Shown here piece by piece: positions 54,831 through 64,000 of a stretch of 64,000 bases of DNA (position 1 is its first letter; every line of letters begins with the position of its first letter). Location: assembly GCF_009914755.1 (NCBI RefSeq), contig NC_060926.1; one strand, written 5' to 3'. The notes beneath the pieces are model-generated. The model had not been told where the DNA came from and did no database searches. It saw nothing but the letters and a program-made list of their open reading frames with translations. The stretch comes from the human T2T-CHM13v2.0 reference genome, Homo sapiens. A program made the position numbers and the translations under genes.

Positions 54831-56569
54831 TGTTCTGACCACCCTACCAAAACAAGATATAGAATCAGGAAACACGGGCATTGCTGTTAGTAACATAAGA
54901 ACTTCTGTTATTTCTCCTCAGTCCTAAAGATGGTTGTGAATTCAGATCCTATGTCTATGCCTCAGCATTTTCCTGTAGTGAGTGTAAGAAGTATTCATCC
55001 CAACTGGCTTTATTCCTAATATTTAGAAACAACTGTGCATAGATAAAGCGGTCTCCTAAGCCTCAGTTTAAGAACCAGAATCATTCTCTGCTTTCAGTTA
55101 CGAGGAAGCTAAGCTATACGTATAAAAAGAAGAGATTGAAGGATCTGAAAGTGGCCACGTTGCCTCACTGCCCACCCTGCCTCCCCAGCACACACCCAGA
55201 CTGTCTCCCATCTCCATCGCTAACTTTTGAGAACCGGAACTGAGTGTGTAAGGGACAGAGGGTGGCATCCATCATTTTTATATCAAGATGCCAATATAAT
55301 CACTTTCTGAAAAATAATTGCAAGCCTAAGTATATTAAAGGTCTCCTTTCAAAGGCTGCATTCACAATATTCCCTGAATTTAACCTAATGGGAACTAAAT
55401 TGTGTTGTTATTCAAAGAGATTCAAGGACTGATTATTATTTCAGAATATAAGCAACCTTTGGATTAGTTTTGAAAGATACACAGGAAAAATCTTAGGTAT
55501 GGCAATCCAGCATTAGTGCATTAGTGAGCATCTACTATGAGCTAGATGCTAGGGAATAAAAAATGTAAATGAGAAGTGATTGCAAGATTCCTGCAAGGTG
55601 CCGGGCGAAGTAACAATCCCACTGGGCAGTTCTCTCTCCATTTCCCATCCCCATGGGAAGCAGACACACATACCACTCACCATTCCTTCTTCGTGGCGTT
55701 CTTTCCTGGTGTGAATCCCAGGCCACGGGAGCACAGAGGAGGAAGTGACCACCGGGGACAAATAGTGGGCAGAGCAGGATGGACTTCAAAGAAGGATATT
55801 TTAAAGCTGAGGGATATAATCTGAAAGTGACACTTTTGAAGACTAAGCCAACTGGAGCTTCAGCTTGCTCTCACTTTCATGTCACCCTCAGGACAGGGCT
55901 GCCTCTGCCCATCCCTGGTTGCTACCAACAGCACTTTCAGATTTACAAGGGCTGTGTGAGGCTGGTGCTGGCTGGGGAGGAGGAACCCTCAGCTCATCTC
56001 AGGGCTCAGACAGGCAACATTCTCAATCACACACAGCAGCCTGCCATCCAGTCCAGAACCGTTCAGGACCAACTTGAAAAAGTGCCTGATTGCGGAAAGC
56101 AAGCCCCCAGCACATGCTCCTGGTCCAGGCTGGCACCCTGAGGCCTGGCTCCTGCTGGCCACAGCCTCACCCTCCCACCTCCTCCCGCACCCCAGCTGCC
56201 CTCTGCTGCACCACGAGGGTCTGTGGGAGAGAAAACAATCGTTCAGGGAAGATTGAAAACACCCCTCTTGCTTCTTGCCAGAGAATTTGCATTTTTGGAA
56301 CAGGTTCTTATTTCTTTTTAAGGCTCAGAATGAGAAGCTTTTAGAAAAGCTAAAAATATCTGTTAACGAAGAAGCAAAAGAAAAAAAAAAACTATCCAGC
56401 TTTCTCTTCTTTCTGTGCAAAAGGCTCGGCAGCACCCGGAGGTGCAGAGTCAGCTTTTAGATTCTCTCGTGGGCTGAAAGTACTAGGGAGGAAAAGGTGT
56501 CATCGAGGCCTGGATCTTTTAGAAACAAAGATACACGGAGATAAAGATAAAAGAAACCCGAGAGCATGC

Positions 56570-56730
56570 TACAAAATCATAGGAGTTGAAAACCGAAAAT
56601 GGTCTGTTAGAGTTAACTTAATATAAATTCCTTGTTTTACAACTAAAGAAACTAACATGCAAACAGGTAAGATGGCTTGCCCAGAGGGGAGGCACAGCAG
56701 CTGGGACTAGGAGCCCGACTTCCCCACCCC
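56570..56730 (-). mobile_element. MIR fragment
   Basis: ttttacaactaaagaaactaa...atggcttgcccagagg...gggactaggagcccgact. Confidence 0.55.
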
Positions 56731-57809
56731 GGCCAGTGCCCCTTCCTTGCCTGGGAAGACCTCCCTCCCACCATCACAGCACTTGGACCTACAACCGTGA
56801 AAATGACTTTAGAGGATCTGGTCCAACCACTGCTAATAAGGTCACCAGCCTCAGCAGCAAGCTGCCTTCCATCCAAGCCTGGGTTTCCCAGCAGCCAGGA
56901 TGAGTTGCCCCAACTCTGCCTCCTGGGGCCAGGCTTCCAGAACTCAGGGAAACACAAAGGCTTCTGATGGAGTTTCCACCTAGGACTTGGCGCATCAGTA
57001 AGAAGGTCATGAACTCGTTCAGGATCAGAAGCATTTAATTATTGGTGGACATTAGAGCTAGAAGGACCCTGCCCTCCATTTAAGCGACAGAAACAGAGGC
57101 CAAGAAGGGATATGGCTTGTCCAGGGGCACCAGCAGTTCAGTGGGATTCTGCTTTGACAGGGCTGGTCCTGCAGTCCCCTGCTGCCTCTGCCAAGCTTCT
57201 CCTTCGTTTGGATTTTTTGTCCTTCGTGTATTCTCCCAATCGATACCCTCTACCAAGTGCCTACTATGTACCAGGCGTGGTTCTAGTGCTAAGGATACAA
57301 CATAGAGCAAGACAAGATTCCGACCCTGGGGATTTTATGTTCCACAAACCCCACGTGACCCACATCAGCCCATGAGACATGGGACTCCTGCACGGATGTA
57401 AGGAGGTTTCCCCACCCTGGCTTCCCCTAGAAAATGCTTTCCTTCAAGTATGTGCATCCTGTCCCATGGCTCCTGATCACCCTACAAGATGAAGCCCAAG
57501 TTCAAAGCCTCCATGACTGGTTCTGCCCACCTTTCCCACATTTCTTCCCCCACCCCCACCTGCCAAATTGTGCTGCAGTCACACAGATCCATAAGATCCA
57601 CCTGGAACTCCTGCGTGGGGCATTGCTCAGCCTGCCACCCACCTGGGGCGCTTTTCTTCCTACTCTTCCTCTCCTACTCTGCGGACCCTCTTCCCAAAGC
57701 AAGGCGTGGGCCATTTGCTGCATTCTAATTGCATGTCTGATAGTCTGTGAAGTGCTTTACAGATGCTACATCACCTAACCCCACAGCGTCGCCGAAGAGA
57801 CCACCGGCT

Positions 57810-57970
57810 CAGCCTTGCATGCCTGAGAATCACCTGGAGGCGCTGTAAAATATAACGCCCCCAGGTTCCACCCGAGATCCTCATGTATTTGGACTCTGGT
57901 GCTTAGGCATTAGAAGCTGTAAATGGTCCCCTTGGGATTTCAATGTGCAGCCAAGACTGAGGACAACTAT
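57810..57970. mobile_element. MER5A/B
   Basis: gagaatcacctggaggcgctgtaaaat...caggttccaccc...aatgtgcagccaagactgaggacaact. Confidence 0.7.
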
Positions 57971-58071
57971 AGTCTCTCCATTTTGCAAATAAAGAAGAGA
58001 GGTGCAAAAAAATTACCAAACATGCCAACATAAATTCATTGATTCCCATTTCTGTTAAAAAAGATAAAAAA

Positions 58072-58357
<286 letters not shown>

Positions 58358-58426
58358 GATAAAAAAAAGCAGTTTATGTGAAAATGGGATTTCTCTCTCA
58401 GGTGTCTGCTGTAAGGACCTCCAGTA

Positions 58427-58608
58427 TACGGTGGCCAGATTTAGCAAATAAAAATGCAAGACACCCAGTTACATTTGAATTTCAGATCAATAACAAGTAC
58501 TTTGTTTGGTATGTCTCAAATATTGGACATACTCATGCTAAAAAATATTTGTTGTTAATCTGAAATTCAAATGTAACTAAGCATCCTGTATTTTATCTGG
58601 CAACTCTA
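58427..58608 (+). mobile_element. MER53 palindromic hAT MITE, full length, with 8-bp TSD
   Basis: tacggtggccagatttagcaaataaaaat...tgtattttatctggcaactcta; TSD ctccagta (58419-58426) / ctccggta (58609-58616). Confidence 0.92.
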
Positions 58609-58805
58609 CTCCGGTAAATCAACACAAACAGAAGACTGAAATAGTCGTATATTATTAGGAGACAAATCCCCAGAAAGTGTTTTCAAGTTGTTATGTAAAA
58701 TTTGACTCTTGCCTTGACTTTACCTGCATAGTTGTATATTTACTAAAGACTCACAAACAGAATGTCCATAATGCAAAAAATAAAATAAAGACAGGTGAGC
58801 TTTCT

Positions 58806-59109
58806 TTTTTTTTTTTTTTTTTTTTTTTTGAGACAGGGTCTCACTCTGTTGTCCAGGCTGGAGTGCAGTGGCATGATCTCAGCTCACTGCAACCTCTGCC
58901 TCTCGGGTTCAGGTGATTCTCATGCTTCAGCCTCCAAGCAGCTGGGATTACAGGTGCCCACGACGACACTCGTGTAATTTTTGTATTTTTAGTAGAGGTA
59001 GGGTTTCATCGTGTTAGTCAAGTTGGTCTTGAACTCCTGACCTCAAGTGATCCACCCACCTCAGCCTCCAAAGTGCTGGGATTACAGGCATGAGCCACCG
59101 CACCCAGCC
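58806..59109 (-). mobile_element. AluS (Sx/Sz-like)
   Basis: Perfect 14-bp TSD caggtgagctttct at 58792-58805 and 59110-59123. Confidence 0.96.
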
Positions 59110-59179
59110 CAGGTGAGCTTTCTAGACCTCTGTATGCCTACTCTTTTATGTGCCTAATAATAAATCTCTCAGTTCAGGC

Positions 59180-59400
59180 TGGCATTGCACTGGAGATTTT
59201 TCAGCGCATTTTGTATATGTATATTATCTTTTGGTTCTCACAACCAACATGTAAGAGAAACAGGTTTGGTGCTATTATTCCCCGTTTACAGATGGACAAG
59301 CACCGAGAGTGGTAATTATTCAAAGCCACGTGGACCTGGGCAGAACTAGAAGCCACATATTTTAGTATCAATGTTGATTTTTAGAAGATACAGTGCTGCT
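59180..59400 (-). mobile_element. MIR
   Basis: tctcacaaccaacatgtaag...ctattattccccgtttacagatggacaagcaccgagagtgg. Confidence 0.7.
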
Positions 59401-60207
59401 AAAGGTGAAGGTTCAGTCTTAGGTTTTATTATCTCAGCTCCAAAGTTCACAAATTTAAAAGCAGTAAATGAATGGCTAGCTGAATAATTGAAATAATTTT
59501 CAATTCATAAAATCACACCCTCAAGAAAGGCAGGCCTTCAGGAAGCCCATGGTTGTGGCCCTGTGGTTCAGCCAGCCCCACTCAGAAAGGTGAGGAGGGG
59601 GCCTGGCTTTCAGCCCCCACCCGAGACTCCGCAACTGTCCACCCGCCTCACCCTTTGCTTGCTGTACTTGCAGCCTGTTTCTTCCTGCCCTGCCCTGCCC
59701 TCGAAAACACAGCAGCTCCCCACCTTCCTCTGAGCATAATGCTTCCATACAATTATCGTAACAATTCAGACAATTTCAACAATTTCAAACAAGTATTGAA
59801 AACCCCTCAACCCACAATCTTCTGAAACGTCCATATCAGGTATTGGCAAATTGTTACACTGCCTGCACCAAAAATAAACAAGGACAACAGAGACGGAGGA
59901 AAATTCCCTTCCTGCTCTTTAAACTCCCACAAGCACCAACAACCTTCAGTGTTAAAACGTATCTTCAGTTTTGTTTCTGAAGTCTCAAGACTTCAAGTGA
60001 GGACACGCCCTCCGCCAGCTAGCCGGCCCATCCCTTATCTCGTTCCGCGGGGCAAAGATGAGGAGAGACCGACCCTCTGCTCGCTTCTTCAGCTTTGAGG
60101 AGCAGCCACCGAGGCAGCCTCTCAGATGCCACATCACACCCCACGGTGAAACTGTGTCACCTTCTGGCCACTGGGCGGGCCACACAGGAGCTGCGGTGGT
60201 CATCCAG

Positions 60208-60645
60208 TGTTTCAGCCAGGGTGCTCCAGAGGAACAGAATGAATAGGATAGATTATAAATAGAGAAGAGGAGGTTTATTCTGGGAAGTGCCTCACACGGT
60301 GGAGGCTGAGAAGTCCCACGATCTGCCGTCTGCAATCTGGAGACCAGGAAAGCTGGGGGTGTGGTTCAGTCTCAGTCCAAAGGCCCAAGAACCAGGAGCA
60401 CCAGTGTAGGACAGCAGGAAAAGACGGACGTCCCCGCTCTATCCGAGAAAAGAGAACCCCCGCTTCTTCCCCCTTTAAGTTGGGTTCAGGCTGTCAGCAG
60501 GCTGACTGATGCCTGCCCACACTGGGGAGGGCAGGTCTTCTTTACTCAGTCTCAGCTCCTCCCAGACACACCCAGAAGTCATGCTTACCAGCTGCCCGGG
60601 CATCCCTTAGCCCAATCACGTTGATTCTCAAAATTAACCGTCATA
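60208..60645 (-). mobile_element. MLT2B-like ERVL solo LTR
   Basis: cagggtgctccagaggaacagaa...ggaggctgagaagtcccacgatctgccgtctgcaa...aaaattaaccgtcata; TSD tccag / tccaa. Confidence 0.88.
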
Positions 60646-61216
60646 TCCAATTATACCTTTTGACCCAGCTGGTTAGCAGAACCAAGCTCAGAGAGCCTCC
60701 TGCCTGCCCACCCAAATACAGCCCTAAGGCCAAACAGATGCATGTTTAACTGGAGCCTCAAACTTAGAATGAGAGAAAACAGAAAGGCAAGTAAAAAGTA
60801 ACTGTTTTGGTCAATAACCCGTGTATTCATCACTTCACTGACAGAGCTTATCGTATGTAAGTTCCTCATGGCAGATGGGCGCGTGGCCTGTGCACGCATG
60901 CAGGCCTGCACACTCACATGCACGCACACACACCGGACAGGTTAATCCCCGTATCATTGGCTGCCACGGGTTGCCTAAGAAGCTTAACAGGGCATGTTCT
61001 GACTTCAACAATGACCTGCTAATGGTTTTGCATTTTTCTCAAGTATTATAACCCATCTTTGTCCCCCTTATCTCCTAATGAAATCAGTAAATTGAGGTGA
61101 CTGCAAGAGGGAGCGCAAAGGAAACACCAGAGCCAAGGGTGCCGCGAGGCTCTACTAAGCCACAAACCATCATCTTGAGGCGATTATCAGACCTTGACTT
61201 TTGCTTCGAGAAATAA

Positions 61217-61691
<475 letters not shown>

Positions 61692-61914
61692 CCTTCTATC
61701 CCCTTTCTAAAGTGTGTTCATAGCCATCAATACGTAGGGGCGCAATTCAGATTTATTCCCACAATTTGCCTTGATCCTTTTTAAAGGTGGGTGATTTGGC
61801 CCTGCATTCATCTTTCTCTCCAAGTTGCAAAAATCATTTTATATATTTAGTTACTTATTTCTTACCAATCCTCCCTAGCTCTGGGACACATCCCATCAGT
61901 CACCACCAGCCACT

Positions 61915-62430
61915 ACCTTCGGCTTAAATTACTTTCAAGGCTTCTCATTACTAGTAGGAATCAACCACAGCAGCTAAGGTCCTTAAAATGGTCCCCACCT
62001 ACTTCACCCAGAGTCCCTCCCCTTCGGTGCCCTGGCTTCAGCCAGGCTGGTCCGCTCTCATCTCTTCTAACACATGGCTTTGCATACACTCGTCCCTCCT
62101 AGAGCACTTTCACCCCGGCCTGCATGTCTCAGGGGTCCCTAGTCTGCCTCTGGACTTCCCTCCAACTGTCCCTTTCCCAGGGATCCTTCCTGGTCTCCCT
62201 CCCTAAGTTAACTCTCCTTCTTACACTGCTTCCCAGCACTGCACACCCTTTCTCTCACATCAGCTATCGCAGCTATGGTTTTACATTTATTTCAGTGGTT
62301 ATTTGATTAGAGTCTATCTTCTTCCCTGGATAGTAAGTTTCATGAGAGCCAAGGCTAGATAGCCCTAGGATCTAGCACAGAAACCAGCACGTAATAAACA
62401 TGCCTCATATATTCCATGGATGAAAAATAC
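61915..62430 (+). mobile_element. L2a 3' region
   Basis: ttcaaggcttctcattact...cccagggatccttcctgg...atagtaagtttcatgagagc...tctagcacag. Confidence 0.7.
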
Positions 62431-62784
62431 AGGCACCCAGCCTAGTTAAAGGACATGAAGAGTCTGATGCTATTTTCTCAAATACAGTCCTATTCCACAT
62501 GATGCACAGACAGAAGTCAGATCGCAGAATTACTGTGACTCAGCTGCAGTCATTCCCAATCAAAGTGGCCCTTTGTTCCAAGTCTCAGGTCCCCTAGGTG
62601 TCAGATTATCCCACATAAGGCCAGGTTGAATCAGCCTTTGTCAGGAGAAAAGGGTCGTATAGTACAGACATATCCACAGTTGCCTGCCCAGTGGGCCATG
62701 AAGCCTCCCCAAAATAAGAAACAATGAACTGAGCAGGCACCCCAAAAGTCATTCAACTGCTTCCTATCATTTAGCTACACGGGA

Positions 62785-62817
62785 AACACAACACAACACA
62801 ACACAACACAACACACA
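62785..62817. repeat. (AACAC)n pentanucleotide microsatellite, about 6 units
   Basis: aacacaacacaacacaacacaacacaacacac. Confidence 0.9.
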
Positions 62818-63332
62818 CCCATAACATTATCCCATGCATTCAGAAATATCCCTGCCTAACACAATACACTGATGGAAACACATTCCCCTTCCCAACGAAG
62901 ACAGGTCAAGTTGATCCCAAGGCAAGGCCACGCCACCGCCACTCCAACGTCAGAACTCATCAGAGTCCAAGGTCCCTGGTGACCCTTCTGGGTTTCTCTT
63001 ACGATGATGCCTTGTGAGCTAAACAGTAAAGGTAACCACACAAACACTCTTGGATTTCAAGGGGGAGGAAAAGAAAGAGAAATGAGAACAAATATCTCCC
63101 CCTACAGGCTGGACCTCTAGAGAGGAGCTAGAGGAACTGAGGAATCCAGGAGAGGATTGGATGCTCATGAGGGGCACTGGTCTGGAGGCCAGCGTCTCAG
63201 CACATGGGGAGAGGGGAGCCACTCAGCATACCAGGAAAACATTTGAAAATCCTGATTTGACTGCCCCAGGATGACCCTCACTTCCCCCTTCCACGCCCAC
63301 CTCTCCCCAGCACTGTGTGTGGTATGTTCCAG

Positions 63333-63815
<483 letters not shown>

Positions 63816-64000
63816 TTCTAGGATTCATTAGACATTCGCATAGCTCTAAGTCAGGCTAAAAGTCAGCGAATAACTAACTGGCTACCAGTCCTGTTGGTTG
63901 GCTGTCTAGACTATGTAAGGCATAAATCCACAGACTTCACCCTGTCCTTGATGACTTGCATGAAATGGCTTTGACCTCCCTCCTGCATGCCCAGGGAACA

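Noticed and set aside
60878-60932. Alternating purine-pyrimidine tract with possible Z-DNA potential
   Set aside because: It is short and interrupted, a common decayed (CA)n-type sequence.

Overview
This is primate, very probably human, non-coding genomic DNA (intronic or intergenic). I cannot identify the locus or any host gene from the sequence alone. It holds 13 Alus (AluJ and AluS types, most with readable target-site duplications, TSDs) and many old MIR and L2 fragments. It also holds L1M fragments, solo LTRs (THE1 x3, MLT1, MLT2, LTR16, MER4E, MER34, one unassigned ERV1-type LTR) and DNA transposon fossils (near-full-length Tigger1, an old hAT with a transposase C-terminal remnant, MER53, several MER5A). 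No supportable protein-coding gene, tRNA, rRNA or CRISPR array was found. The ORF track is explained by repeats and chance, and I found no evidence of a new multi-gene system. The most notable observations are: (1) a ~170-bp ancient local templated insertion inside an MLT1C LTR that preserves the empty, pre-insertion state of two Alu sites 3 kb upstream; (2) a MER53 (miR-1302-like) hairpin enclosed by an inverted Alu pair; (3) a probable AmnSINE1 relic and an unexplained palindromic element; (4) several repeat-poor blocks rich in HOX/MEIS/TCF motifs that look like developmental enhancers; (5) a candidate 48-nt minus-strand micro-exon. Repeat subfamily names come from recalled consensus sequences, and the boundaries of old repeats are approximate.
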